Shown here piece after piece: positions 36,671-47,262 of a DNA stretch of 64,000 bases (positions are counted from its first letter, which is position 1; each line of letters opens with the position of its first letter). Under the pieces are notes generated by a model. That model was given only the letters and a program-made list of their open reading frames with translations, searched no databases and was not told the origin of the DNA. The position numbers were made by a program, and so were the translations under genes. The stretch is taken from the NCBI GenBank assembly GCA_963734495.1, contig CAVTHK010000009.1, positions 224,001 to 288,000 on the forward strand. Direction: 5' to 3'. This DNA is from an uncultured Spirochaetota bacterium. Its GTDB lineage: Bacteria; Spirochaetota; Spirochaetia; SZUA-6; CAVTHK01.

Positions 36671-37420
36671 GTGGGCAGGCTCGAGGGAAAGGTCGCGATC
36701 GTCACGGGGGCGAGCAGCGGCATGGGCTGGGCGACGGCAGTGGCTTTCGCCCGCGAGGGGGCGAAGGTGGTGGCGACAGCCCGCAGGCGCGGCCGGCTGG
36801 ACGAGCTGGTCGCCCTCATCGCAGGAGAGCGGGGAGACGCCGTCGCCGTCGCCGGCGACATAGCGAAGCGGGACCAGGTCGATGCCGTCGTTCATGCGGC
36901 AGCGCAACGGTTCGGGCGCGTGGACATCCTGGCGAATATCGCGGGCATCAACACCACCAACCATGAGCTCGCGACAGTGACCCAGCGGGATTGGGACGAG
37001 ACGATCGCCATCAACCTGACAGGGGCTTTCAATTGCACGCAGGCGGTCCTTCCCGTAATGCGGCGCCAGCGGGACGGCCTCATCGTCCACGTCAGCTCGG
37101 TCTCGGGCAAATGGGGGGATGTCTCCGGGGCGGCATACCAGGCCAGCAAGCATGGGCTCGCCGGCCTGGCCTACGCCACGATGTTCGAGGAGCGGCTCAA
37201 CGGCGTCCGCGTGACCCTGATTTTTCCGGGCCTGTGCGACACGCCGATTCTCGCGACTCGCCCCGTTCCGGACAGCCGGGAGCGGCTGGATGCGATGATG
37301 AAACCCGAGGACATCGCCGAGACCTGCGTCTACGTGGCGAGTCTCCCGGCCCGCGCCTACGTTGCCGAGCTGGTGATGATGCCAGGTCGTCTGCAGTGCG
37401 TCGGGCAGGCGGCGGTGTAG
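36671..37420 (+). CDS. Short-chain dehydrogenase/reductase
   Basis: TGASSGMG, NIAG, VSSVSG, YQASK, PG..DT. Confidence 0.93.
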   Translation: MGRLEGKVAIVTGASSGMGWATAVAFAREGAKVVATARRRGRLDELVALIAGERGDAVAVAGDIAKRDQVDAVVHAAAQRFGRVDILANIAGINTTNHELATVTQRDWDETIAINLTGAFNCTQAVLPVMRRQRDGLIVHVSSVSGKWGDVSGAAYQASKHGLAGLAYATMFEERLNGVRVTLIFPGLCDTPILATRPVPDSRERLDAMMKPEDIAETCVYVASLPARAYVAELVMMPGRLQCVGQAAV

Positions 37421-37454
37421 CCCGGAGGCGCGTGACCACGCGTGACGATTTCTC

Positions 37455-37482
37455 TTGACATCATCCGCCCATAGGATACCAT
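37455..37482 (+). promoter_or_regulatory. Putative sigma70 promoter for ABC operon
   Basis: TTGACA-16 nt-TACCAT, followed by GGAGGT RBS. Confidence 0.55.
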
Positions 37483-37513
37483 GCAGGCAACTCTCTTCGA
37501 ACGGAGGTGACTG

Positions 37514-38819
37514 ATGAGGAAATGCACTCGCTGTCCTCGCGGCCCTGTTGCTGATGGCGCTGCCCGTTGTGGGCCAGCGGAGGGCAGGAGTCGTCCGGGA
37601 CCGCCCTGTCCAAGAGCTCCGGTGACGCTCGCCTTCTGGGCGATTGGCGGCCGGGACCAGGCGGACGTGCTGAACCAGATGTTCGCGGACTTCAAGAAGG
37701 AGTATCCGAACATCACGACCGAGCTCACCATGAACGGCGAGTGGGAGGAGCACTTCCAGAAGATCCTGGTGGCGGTGGCCGGCGGCAGCCCGCCCGACCT
37801 GGTGCGCTCCAAGGACTTCTGGGTCGCCGAGTTCGCGTCGCGCAACGCGATCGAGGACCTCGGCCCGTGGGTCGCCCGGGAGAAGGGCAAGAACATCTCG
37901 ATCGAGAAGGAGAAGTTCGTCCCGATCCGCTGGCAGCAGTCGCTGTACCAGGGAAAGCTCTACAGCCTGGTGTGGACGACGTTCACCGAGCTCTTTCTCT
38001 ACAACAAGAAGCTCCTCCGCGACGCGGGCATCAACCGCGGCCCGGACACGTGGGCGGAGTACAGGGACTTCGCGAAGAAGACGACCGACGCCGACAAGAA
38101 GCAGTGGGGCTCGATCCTCTACACCTACAACCGCGTGAGCCCGGCCATGACCGAGTACTGGGAGGTCCTCATGCTGCAGGCCGGCGGCCCGGGGATCATG
38201 AACAAGGACATGACCGCGTTCACGCCGAACACCCCCGCGGGCCTCGAGGCGCTGCAGCTCCAGCTCGACATGATCTACAAGGACAAGAGCATCCTGCCGC
38301 CCGAGTTCGCTTCGCTCACGCAGCCGGTGGAGCGGGGCCAGATCGCCATGTGGTACGCGGGCCCGTGGCAGTTCACCGGGCTCCCCAAGAGCTTCCCGAA
38401 CCTGGAGTTCGCGCCGCTGCTCGCGCCGCAGAACAAGAACCGCGCGATGTACTCTGTCGGCAACAACCTGGTCATGTTCAAGGACAGCAAGCACAAGCCC
38501 GAGACCTGGGAGCTGCTCAAGTTCATGTTCCGCGAGGACGAACGACCTCCGGTGGAACTCGCTCGGCGGCTACCTGCCGTCGCGCGTCGAGAACCTCGAC
38601 AGGGAGCCCTACAAGTCCGACCCGATGTGGAAGGTGCAGGTCGAGCAGTTCAAGAGGCCGGACACGGCGGACCGCCCGTACCCGCTCGGGTTCAACGAGA
38701 TCCACACGGCCATGGCGGGCTGGCTGCAGAAGGCCTACTTCGGCAAGATCGGCGCAGCCGAGGCGCTCAAGGGCGCCGAGGAAGAGGCCAACGCCATGCT
38801 GAAGAAGCTCAGCAAGTAG
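37514..38819 (+). CDS. Sugar ABC transporter solute-binding protein (apparent frameshifts near N-term and ~38540)
   Basis: Signal peptide in shifted frame (..LWASGGQES), GGSPPDL, YQGKLY, LYNKKLL, F..GQIAM..GPW. Confidence 0.85.
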
Positions 38820-38889
38820 GCGGCGGACGATCGCGCTGCATCCGGGGCGGGGCCGGACGGGCCCCGCCCGTCGATCTTGGGGAGCAGGC

Positions 38890-39785
38890 ATGGCGCTGAG
38901 CAAGAAGAGCCCGCAGGAACATCGAAGGCTACCTGTACATCATGCCGTGGCTGGTGGGGCTGGCCGTCTTCTTCGCCTTTCCCATGCTCGCCTCCGCGGG
39001 CCTGAGCTTTACCCGCTACGAGATCCTCACCCCGATGAAGTGGCTCGGGCTCGAGAACTACCAGGCCCTCTTCAAGGACCCGAAGTTCTACAAGTCCCTG
39101 TCGAACACCTTCTACTACGTCGTGGGCGTGGTGCCGCTGCGCATCGCGCTGGGGCTGTTCCTGGCCGTGCTGCTCAACAGCAAGCTGCCCGGGATGCGTC
39201 TCTACCGGACCGCGTTCTACATCCCCTCGGTGACCGCGGGCGTCGCCGTCGCGCTGCTCTGGACCTGGATCTTCGAGCCGCTCTACGGCGTGCTGAACAA
39301 CCTCCTCGCCGTGTTCGGGATCAAGGGACCCGCCGTGGCTGGGCAGCGAGGCGTGGGCGATGCCCGCCCTGATCATCATGGGCACGTGGCACACGGGACG
39401 GAGCATGCTCGTGTCGCTCGCGGGGCTGCAGAGCGTGCCGCCTCACCTCTACGAGGTGGTGGATCTCGACGGGGGCGGGGGCTGGCACAAGTTCTGGTTC
39501 GTGACCTTGCCGCTGATGACGCCGATCATCTTTTTCAACATCATCGTGGAGACGATCGCGACCTTCCAGGTGTTCGCCAACGCGTTCATCATGACGGCGG
39601 GAGGGCCGAACAACGCCACGCTGGTCTACATCCTCTACCTGTACTACACGGCGTTCCAGTTCCTCCACATGGGGTACGCGTCGGCGATGGCCTGGATCCT
39701 GTTCTTCATCGTCTTCGGCCTGACGCTTCTCCAGGTCTGGGGCTCGCGGCGGTGGGTCTACTACGAGGGCGTGAAAGCGCGTTGA
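38890..39785 (+). CDS. Sugar ABC transporter permease (MalF-type; two apparent frameshifts)
   Basis: WLGLENY, FYIPSV, GLQSVP..LYE..LDG, VTLPLMTP, MGYASAMAW. Confidence 0.88.
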
Positions 39786-39801
39786 ATCCGGGGGAGGTGC
39801 G

Positions 39802-40692
39802 ATGAGCGGCTCGAGGGCAACGTGTTCGGCCAGGGCCTGCGCTGCGGCGTGGCGCAGCAAGCGGACGAGGCGGGTCGTGAACGCCGTCCTCGTCTACCTC
39901 GTCCTCACGTGCGGGGCTGTCGTCTTCCTGATCCCGTTCTTCTGGCAGCTCACGAGCGCCCTCAAGACCAACGCGCAGATCTTTGTCTACCCGATCGAGT
40001 GGGTGCCGAAGCCCTGGGTGTTCGACAACTTCCCGCAGGTCTGGAGGGTGCTGCCGTTCGGGCTGTTCTTCCGAAACACCGTCTTCGTGACCGCGTGCGT
40101 GATCACGGCCCGGCTGCTCGTCAACACCGTCGTGGCCTACGGGTTCGCGCGCAAGGAGTTCTGGGGCAGGAACGTGCTGTTCATGATCCTGCTGGGGACG
40201 ATGATGATCCCCTACCAGGTGACGATGATCCCGCTGTTCATCATCTTCCGCTCGCTCAAGTGGATCAACACCTTCGCGCCTCTGACGGTGCCGGAGTTCT
40301 TCGCCCACGACGCGTTCTCCATCTTCCTGATGCGGCAGTTCTTCCTCACGATCCCGAACGAGCTCGAGGAGTCGGCCGTCCTCGACGGCGCGCGCTCGTT
40401 CCTCGTGTTCCGCAGGATCTACCTGCCGCTCTCCAAGCCGGCGCTGGTCAGCGTGGGGATCTTCGCCTTCATCAACACCTGGAACGAGTTCATCCAGCCG
40501 CTCATCTACATCAACTCGCCGAAGAAGTACACGCTGACGCTCGGCCTGCGCCTGTTCCGCGGCGAGTACACGACCGACTGGAACCTGCTCATGTCGGCGA
40601 GCGTGCAGGTGATCATCCCGTGCCTGATCGTCTTCTTCCTCACGCAGCGCTACTTCGTCGAAGGCATCGCGCTCACGGGCATGAAGTCGTAG
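39802..40692 (+). CDS. Sugar ABC transporter permease (MalG-type)
   Basis: AYGFAR, MMIP.QVT, IFLMRQFF.TIP.ELEESA.LDGA, WNEF, QRYFVEGI..TGMK. Confidence 0.93.
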   Translation: MSGSRATCSARACAAAWRSKRTRRVVNAVLVYLVLTCGAVVFLIPFFWQLTSALKTNAQIFVYPIEWVPKPWVFDNFPQVWRVLPFGLFFRNTVFVTACVITARLLVNTVVAYGFARKEFWGRNVLFMILLGTMMIPYQVTMIPLFIIFRSLKWINTFAPLTVPEFFAHDAFSIFLMRQFFLTIPNELEESAVLDGARSFLVFRRIYLPLSKPALVSVGIFAFINTWNEFIQPLIYINSPKKYTLTLGLRLFRGEYTTDWNLLMSASVQVIIPCLIVFFLTQRYFVEGIALTGMKS

Positions 40693-40731
40693 CTCCTGCG
40701 TCCAGCACGACAACGCTCGGGGGTAAGCAAC

Positions 40732-42123
40732 GTGGCAGAGGCATTCATCGCGATCCAGGTCGGAGCCGTCTCTTTCGTCGACGAGGGGGTGGACCCGCTG
40801 CTCGACCTGCTGCGGGAAAAGGGCAGGGTGAACGCCCTGTTTCTCGCGACCCACTCCTTCGACCCCGGGCACCGCGTCGCGGCAGCTGCGCGGGCCACCC
40901 GCTGCCGGACCATGGAGCGCAGGAGTACGACGACCTCGATCGGCGGCAACTTCGCGACGACCCACCCGCAGTACTACGGCGGCACGTTCATCAAGGACTT
41001 CGCGGCGCCGGACTACGGCCCGGCTTCGACATCCTGGAAAAGGTGCTTCCGGGGACGCGGGCGAGGGGCATGAAGGTCTACTGCTGGGTGACGGAAAGCC
41101 CGAACTACAACCTCGCGAAGATCCTGCCGGGCTTCGTCCACATCGCGGAGATCGACGCGCGCGGCCGGCGGAATACCAAGCCGTGCCTGAACAACCCCGA
41201 CTACCGCAACCTGTACCTGGGGCTCTACGAGGACTACGTCAAGTCGTACCCCGTGGACGGCCTCGCGCTCTGCTCGGAGCGGATGGGCGTGCTCGGCCGG
41301 CTGATGTCGGGAAGCTGGGGCGACTCCGACGCCCTGACCTGCTTCTGCCCGCACTGCCGCGAGCAGGGCAGGGCGATGGGGATCGACCCGGAGCGCGCCC
41401 GCCGCGGGTGCCTCGCGATCGGTGACCTGTTCGCCCGCGGCGAGCGGGGTGAACGCGTGCCGGACGGCGGGTTCGTCTCGTTCTGGCGCACGCTGCTGGA
41501 GTATCCCGAGATCCTCGGCTGGGACTCCATGTTCGCGAAGAGCCAGTTCCGCCTCTACCGCGACCTCTACAGCACCGTGAAGACCGCGAGGCCCGAGGTG
41601 CAGGTCGGCTGGCACGTGATGCACCTCAACTCCTTCAGCCCCTTCTACAGGGCGGCGCAGGACTATGCGGTCTACGCGGAGCTCTCGGATTTCCTCAAGC
41701 TCGCCCTCTACCAGCACTGCGCGGGCCCGCGGTTCGCGCGCTTCGTGGACCTGCTGGAAAAGAGGGTCTTCCGCGGCGCGAGCAAGGACACGATCGTCCG
41801 CCTGCTCTACGAGACGCAGGGCCTGCGACGAGGCGCCGTACGACAAGCTGCGGGTCTCCGCATTCGGCCGCGAATACGTGCGCGGCGAGACGGCGCGCGC
41901 GATCGAAGGCACCGCCGGCCGCGTCCCCATCTACCCGGGCATCGGGATCGACGTGCCGACGGGGCCCGACGAGCGCAAGACCGAGCCCCGCGACGTCGAG
42001 GAGGGGATCCGCGGCGCCTTCGAGGGCGGCGCGAAGGGGATCATCCTGTCGCGGAAGTACAGCGAGATGAGGCTGACGAACCTCGAGGCCGCGGGCCGGA
42101 CCCTGCGCGACCTCGGCTGCTAG
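40732..42123 (+). CDS. Uncharacterised TIM-barrel-like protein with CFCxxC motif, paralog B (several apparent frameshifts)
   Basis: Shares IQVGA.SF.DEGV, GGNFAT.HP, EDYVKSY, CFCPHC, VGWHVMHL.SFSPFYRA and LSRKYSEMRL.NL with 35117..36514. Confidence 0.75.
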
Positions 42124-42140
42124 GACGAAGGCGAGGCGAC

Positions 42141-43508
42141 ATGAGCATCCGCGTCAGCCCGTGCGGTCATTTCTTCCAGAAGGCGGATGGTGAGCCTTTC
42201 TTCTACCTGGGCGACACGGTCTGGATGCTCTTCAACAAGCTCAAGGAAGAAGAAGCCCGCGAGCTCTTCGCGGACCGGAGCCGGAAGGGGTACACCGTGA
42301 TCCAGTCGGTGGTCTTCCGTGACCTGTTCACGCCGAACACGCCGAACGCCTACGGGGACACGCCCTTTGCCGACGAGAAGGACATGGTTGCGGTCAGGAT
42401 GAATCCCCGGTGGATCGCCCACGTCAGGAAGATCACCTCGATCGCCGCCGAGTACGGGCTGATCATGGGGATCCTGCCGACCTGGGGAGACAAGTGGAAC
42501 GAGGCCTCCAACTCCGCCGGTCCCGTCATCATGGACCAGGATTCGGCGCGGGCCTATGGACGCACCCTTTCGGACGAGCTGGCAGACCACGAGAACGTCA
42601 TCTGGATCCTCGGCGGCGACAGCCCGATCCTGAATCAGAAGCACGCCGACATCATCAGCGCGATGGCCGGCGGCATCCGCTCCGGCGGCAGCGCGGGCCG
42701 GCTGATGACCTTCCATCCCTCCGGCATGGGCTCGTCGGAGATCTTCCACGCCGCGCCGTGGCTCGACTTCAACGCGCTGCAGACCAGCCATCACAAGCCG
42801 AACATCCCGGGCTACTTCCACATCGAGCGGCTGTACTGGAACAGGCTGGCAAAGCCGTGCCTCGACATGGAGCCCAACTACGAGGCCAGCCCGATGTTCG
42901 TCATGCGGGGCACCGAGCCGCACCCGAACGTCGAGCCCCTCTTCAGCGCCTACGACGTGCGCAAGAGCCTGTACCGCACGGTCCTTGCGGGCGCCGCGGG
43001 CTTTACGTACGGCTGCGAGCCGATCCGTCAGCTCTATCGGCGCGGCGACCGGGTACACATCTTCAGCGACTACGCGATGCCGACATGGAGGGAGGCGCTC
43101 TCGTCTCCGGGCTCGTCCCAGCTTGGCTTTCTCGTCAAGCTCCTGACGGAGCGGAGCTATTTCACGCGCGTCCCGGCGCAGGAGCTGTTCCTGCCCCTGC
43201 GGCGCCATGGCGCGTGGGCCGACAGTATGGCCACGGGGATGAGCTTTGCGGGGCAGGAGAACACCGATCCGGTCTCCCATATACGGGTGGCGCGGTGCTC
43301 CAGGGGCACCTACCTTCTCGCGTACACGCCGGTGAGGCAGGTCGTGACGCTCGACACGTCGGGTCTGAACGGCAGCGCAGTCACGATCTCGCTCTACGAC
43401 CCGGAACGCTGCGAGCTGACCGATCGCTATGGCGGCCCGAACAAGGGGCGCTGCACCATCGTCCCTCAGCGGGACCTCGACACGCTGATCGTCGTCGACG
43501 CTCGTTAG
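42141..43508 (+). CDS. DUF4038 / apiosidase-like (GH140-like) glycoside hydrolase
   Basis: DGEPFFYLGDT.W, R..KGYTVIQ, LPTWGDKW, NVIWILGGD, LMTFHP, WLDFN..Q.SH, KP.LDMEPNYE, GAAG.TYG. Confidence 0.85.
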   Translation: MSIRVSPCGHFFQKADGEPFFYLGDTVWMLFNKLKEEEARELFADRSRKGYTVIQSVVFRDLFTPNTPNAYGDTPFADEKDMVAVRMNPRWIAHVRKITSIAAEYGLIMGILPTWGDKWNEASNSAGPVIMDQDSARAYGRTLSDELADHENVIWILGGDSPILNQKHADIISAMAGGIRSGGSAGRLMTFHPSGMGSSEIFHAAPWLDFNALQTSHHKPNIPGYFHIERLYWNRLAKPCLDMEPNYEASPMFVMRGTEPHPNVEPLFSAYDVRKSLYRTVLAGAAGFTYGCEPIRQLYRRGDRVHIFSDYAMPTWREALSSPGSSQLGFLVKLLTERSYFTRVPAQELFLPLRRHGAWADSMATGMSFAGQENTDPVSHIRVARCSRGTYLLAYTPVRQVVTLDTSGLNGSAVTISLYDPERCELTDRYGGPNKGRCTIVPQRDLDTLIVVDAR

Positions 43509-43605
43509 CCGCCCGTCGGACTTTCGGCAAGCCGACCGCGGCCGTTCAAGCCGCGACGCCCCGGCCCACGCCGGGCCCATCGCGCCCCGGGCGCCCGAGG
43601 CCGCC

Positions 43606-44496
43606 CTATCCCTTGATCGAGCCGATCATCACGCCCTTGACGAAGAAGCGCTGCAGGAACGGGTACGCTGACAGGATCGGCAGAGTCGCGACCACGACAG
43701 TGGCGTACTTGATCGACTCGGCGATCGAAGCCTTGTCGGACATCTCCACGCTCGTGAGCATGTCATTCAGGGTGTTCGCGAGGACGATCTCGCGCAGCAC
43801 CAGCTGGAGCGGCCAGAGCGACCGCTCTTTGAGGTAGATCATGGCGGGGAACCAGGCGTTCCACTGCTCCACGCCGTAGAAGAGCACCATCACGGCGACT
43901 GCCGACAGGGAGACGGGAAGGGCGATCCTGAGGAGAACCACAAAGTCATTCGCGCCGTCGATGCGCGCCGATTCGAAGAGGCTTTCCGGGACGCTCTCGA
44001 AAGCCGTCTTCATGATGATCAGGTTGTAGGCGCTGACGGCCGTGGGAAAGATGAGCGCCCAGCGCGTGTTGGTGATGCCGAGCCCCTTGACGAGCAGGTA
44101 CAGCGGGATGAGCCCGCCGGAGAAGACCATGGTGAAGGTGATGAGAATCATGAGGGGCCGTCCGAAGAGCAGGTCCCTCCGCGACAGGGCGAAGGCGCCG
44201 AGCGTCGTGAGCCCCACGTTCAGCACGATCGTGAGCGCCACGTTGATGAGGGTGTTGGCGTAGCCGGTGGCAAAGATCCTGTTCTGGAAGACGGCGGTGT
44301 AGGCGGCCGTGGTGAAGCCGTAGGGTCGCAGCACGAGCCCGGTGTGGCTCATCAGGCGGTTCGAGTCGCTGACCGATGAGAAGATCACGTGCATCAGCGG
44401 GTAGAGCATGACGAACATCAGCAATACCATGAGGACGATGTTCACCCAGTCGAACACCCGCTCGGCCCGCGGGGCGCGGATGGCTGCGCGCGTCAC
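43606..44496 (-). CDS. Carbohydrate ABC permease (LplC-type)
   Basis: FSGGLIPLY, ESARIDGAND, WNAWF, YPFLQRFFVKG.MIGSIKG. Confidence 0.92.
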   Translation of the reverse strand: MTRAAIRAPRAERVFDWVNIVLMVLLMFVMLYPLMHVIFSSVSDSNRLMSHTGLVLRPYGFTTAAYTAVFQNRIFATGYANTLINVALTIVLNVGLTTLGAFALSRRDLLFGRPLMILITFTMVFSGGLIPLYLLVKGLGITNTRWALIFPTAVSAYNLIIMKTAFESVPESLFESARIDGANDFVVLLRIALPVSLSAVAVMVLFYGVEQWNAWFPAMIYLKERSLWPLQLVLREIVLANTLNDMLTSVEMSDKASIAESIKYATVVVATLPILSAYPFLQRFFVKGVMIGSIKG

Positions 44497-45470
44497 CACA
44501 GGCTCGTCTCCGAAACGGAGCGGCTCGCCTTGTTCATGACCATGATGATGACGAAGTTCACCAGTGAGTTGAACAGCCCGACGGCGGCGGCGTAGCTGTA
44601 GTTCGCCTCCTCGAGCCCCTTGCGGTAGACGAAGGTCGAGATGATGTCGGAGTGCTCGTAGATCGTCGGGTTGTAGAGGAGCAGGACCTTCTCCGAGCCG
44701 ACGCTCAGCATCCTGCCCGTCCGCAGGATCAGAAGGATGATGATCGTCGCGAGGATCCCCGGGATCGTGATGCTCCAGATCTGGCGCAGCCGGCCGGCGC
44801 CGTCGATCCGCGCCGCCTCGTAGAGCTGGGGGTCGATCGTCGTGAGCGCCGCCAGGTAGATGATGGTGCCCCAGCCGAGATGCTGCCAGATGTTCGATCC
44901 CACGTAGATCGGCATGAACCACTGCCCCTCGGCGAAGAAGTTGACGGCCTTCCCGCCCAGGGAGACGATCAGCGTGTTCACCAGCCCGTTCAGCGAGAAG
45001 AAGTCCTTGATCATCCCGCACACGACCACCAGGGATATGAAGTGCGGCAGATAGGTGATGCTCTGCACCATCCGCTTGAACGGGTTCCCCTTGAGCTCGT
45101 TGATGAGCACTGCGAGGATGATCGGCGCCGGGAATCCCCAGATGATGTCATTGATGCTGAGGAAGAAGGTGTTCCGGAGCAGCCGGACAAAGTAGTAGCT
45201 CTCGAAGAAACCCCTGATGTTCTCGACGCCGACCCAGCGGCTGCCCCAGATGCCGGTCCTGAAGGAGAAGTCCCGAAAGGCGATCTGCAGCCCGTACATG
45301 GGCTGGTAATGGAAGATCGCGAAGTACGCGACGACGGGGGCGAGCATCAGGTACAGCAGGGAGTTTTTCCTGAAGTCCCTGCGCACCCGCTCGCCGAACG
45401 GCAGCCCGCCGGCCCCCGCGCCGCGCTTCCCGTGAGCCGCGGCGGCCTCGGCGGCCGCCGCGGTCTTGAC
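44493..45470 (-). CDS. Carbohydrate ABC permease (LplB-type); start uncertain
   Basis: FHYQPMYG, YLPHFIS, GWGTIIYLAAL, LYEAARIDGAGR, SETSLW. Confidence 0.9.
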   Translation of the reverse strand, partial: VKTAAAAEAAAAHGKRGAGAGGLPFGERVRRDFRKNSLLYLMLAPVVAYFAIFHYQPMYGLQIAFRDFSFRTGIWGSRWVGVENIRGFFESYYFVRLLRNTFFLSINDIIWGFPAPIILAVLINELKGNPFKRMVQSITYLPHFISLVVVCGMIKDFFSLNGLVNTLIVSLGGKAVNFFAEGQWFMPIYVGSNIWQHLGWGTIIYLAALTTIDPQLYEAARIDGAGRLRQIWSITIPGILATIIILLILRTGRMLSVGSEKVLLLYNPTIYEHSDIISTFVYRKGLEEANYSYAAAVGLFNSLVNFVIIMVMNKASRSVSETSLW

Positions 45471-45472
45471 CG

Positions 45473-47157
45473 CTAGTCCTTGAGCCACTGCTGGTAGGCG
45501 TCGTTGTAGTACTCGACGAGCTTCTCGACCTTCAGGCTCTTGAGGGTCTGGGTGAACTTGTCGAAGTTCTCCAGGGGCTCCTTGCCCATGACGAACTTGT
45601 TGGTCATCTCCAGCATGTAGGTCCTGACCTCGGTCATGATCGCCGCGGCTTCGCGCGTCCGGTCGGCCGGCATGAAGACCGTCGGCATGATCATCGAGGT
45701 GTCGAACCTGGCCCAGATGGCGGAGGCCTGCGCCTGCTGGGGATAGGCGTTCTTGATCTGGACGTTCACGGGCGACAGGTCGAAGCCCGGCATCTGCACG
45801 ATCGTACCGCCCGCGTACTTGGCTGCGGCCTCCTCGAGCGTGAGGCCGTTGGGGTTCTTCATGATGAGGTCGGTAAAGATCCTCTTGCCGTCCTTGACCG
45901 TGTGCGCCTTGCCTTCGATGCCGTAGTTGAGCAGGTTCGCCCCTTCGTCGGTATAGTGGTAGTCCATCCACTTGGTCGTCTCGACCATGTACTTGTTGTT
46001 CTTCCCGACCGCGGCGCCGTGGGGCACGAGGGCCTTGTATGCGCCGACGTTGATGTACATCTTGCCGTCCGGCGCCTTCGGGATCCCCACCGGGATGAGA
46101 TCGTAGGTCGAGCCGGGCTTGCGCGCGCTCAGGTACTTGCCCAGACCGCCGGACAGCGCGCCGTAGTAGGCGCCGCCCCTGTCGCCGGTCATCTTGGCGT
46201 CCATCATCTTGGTGTCCTGGGAGGCGAACTCGGGGTCGAGCAGCCCTTCGGCATACCACCTGGCCAGCGTGGAGAGGAAGGCCTTGAAGTTGGGATGGAG
46301 GCCCGGGAACTTGACCGTGTTCCCGTCGAGATACAGCAGGTTGTTGTTGTAGACAAAGCCGAAGGCGCCCGCGAAGGGCAGGATGCTCCAGGAATCCGAG
46401 GTCAGGGGCAGCGAGACGAACGGGATCTCGTCGGCCTTGCCGTTCCCGTTGGGGTCCTTCTCCCTGAATGCCTTGAGAACGACGTACCACTCGTCGATCG
46501 TCGCGGGCGGCTTCAGGCCGAGCTTGTCGAGCCAGTCCTTGCGCAGGACGGGGCCGGAGTTCGCCCGGGTCCAGGGGTCGAGCCGGATCTCGGGGAACAT
46601 GTAGATGCGGCCGTCGTCCAGCGAAATCTCCTTGAGCAGCGGCCGGTTCTCCGTCAGGAGCTTCTTCAGGTTCGGCGCGAACTTCTCGATGTACCAGTTG
46701 AGCGGAAGGATCAGGCCGTCGTCCATGACCTTCTTGGCGCCGCCCGCCGCGTGGAGGTGGGCATCCCAGATCACGTCCTCCACTTCGCCGGTGGAGAACA
46801 TCAGGTTCATCTTCGCCTTGGGGTCGGTGTAGGACTCCTCCCTCCACTTGATGGCCACGTTCGTGCGCTTCTCGAGCTCCTGGAAGACGTCCATGTCGGC
46901 GTAGCCCTTCATCTTGGAGACCACGTACAGCTCCGGCATGGCGAAGTAGCTGATGGTGACCTTGTCCTTGCTGACGGGCAGCACCAGTGCCTCGGCCGTC
47001 GCCGAGGTCAGCTTCATGGCGGCCTCGGCGGCGTGGCCGGCTTGCGCGCGGTGCCAGCCTGGGTCGCCTCCTTGCCTCCTTCGGCAAATGCCTGCGTGGC
47101 CACCGCCAGCAGGGCAATCGCCAGAATCAGGCAGCAGAATTTCCCGACAGACTTCAT
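45473..47157 (-). CDS. ABC solute-binding protein (LplA-type; apparent frameshift ~47020)
   Basis: Signal MKSVGKFCCLILAIALLAVATQAFA, EKYAPN-like motif, RKDWLDKLGL..P.TIDEW, DPNGNGKADEIP. Confidence 0.9.
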
Positions 47158-47186
47158 GCTTTGTTCCTCCTTTGAAAACTCCCGTG

Positions 47187-47215
47187 AGTATGATTCCGCC
47201 CGGTCCGAATGTCCA
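47187..47215 (-). promoter_or_regulatory. Putative internal sigma70 promoter for second Lpl-type cassette
   Basis: Minus strand TGGACA-17 nt-CATACT upstream of AAAGGAGG RBS. Confidence 0.5.
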
Positions 47216-47262
47216 GACGCGCTCGAACGCCGCGATGACCGCGGCCACGAAACGGGCCCGGG

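Noticed and set aside
39822-43508. 1228 aa ORF apparently fusing paralog B with the GH140-like protein
   Set aside because: Frameshifts create the join. Paralog B ends at TAG 42123 and the GH140-like gene has its own ATG at 42141.
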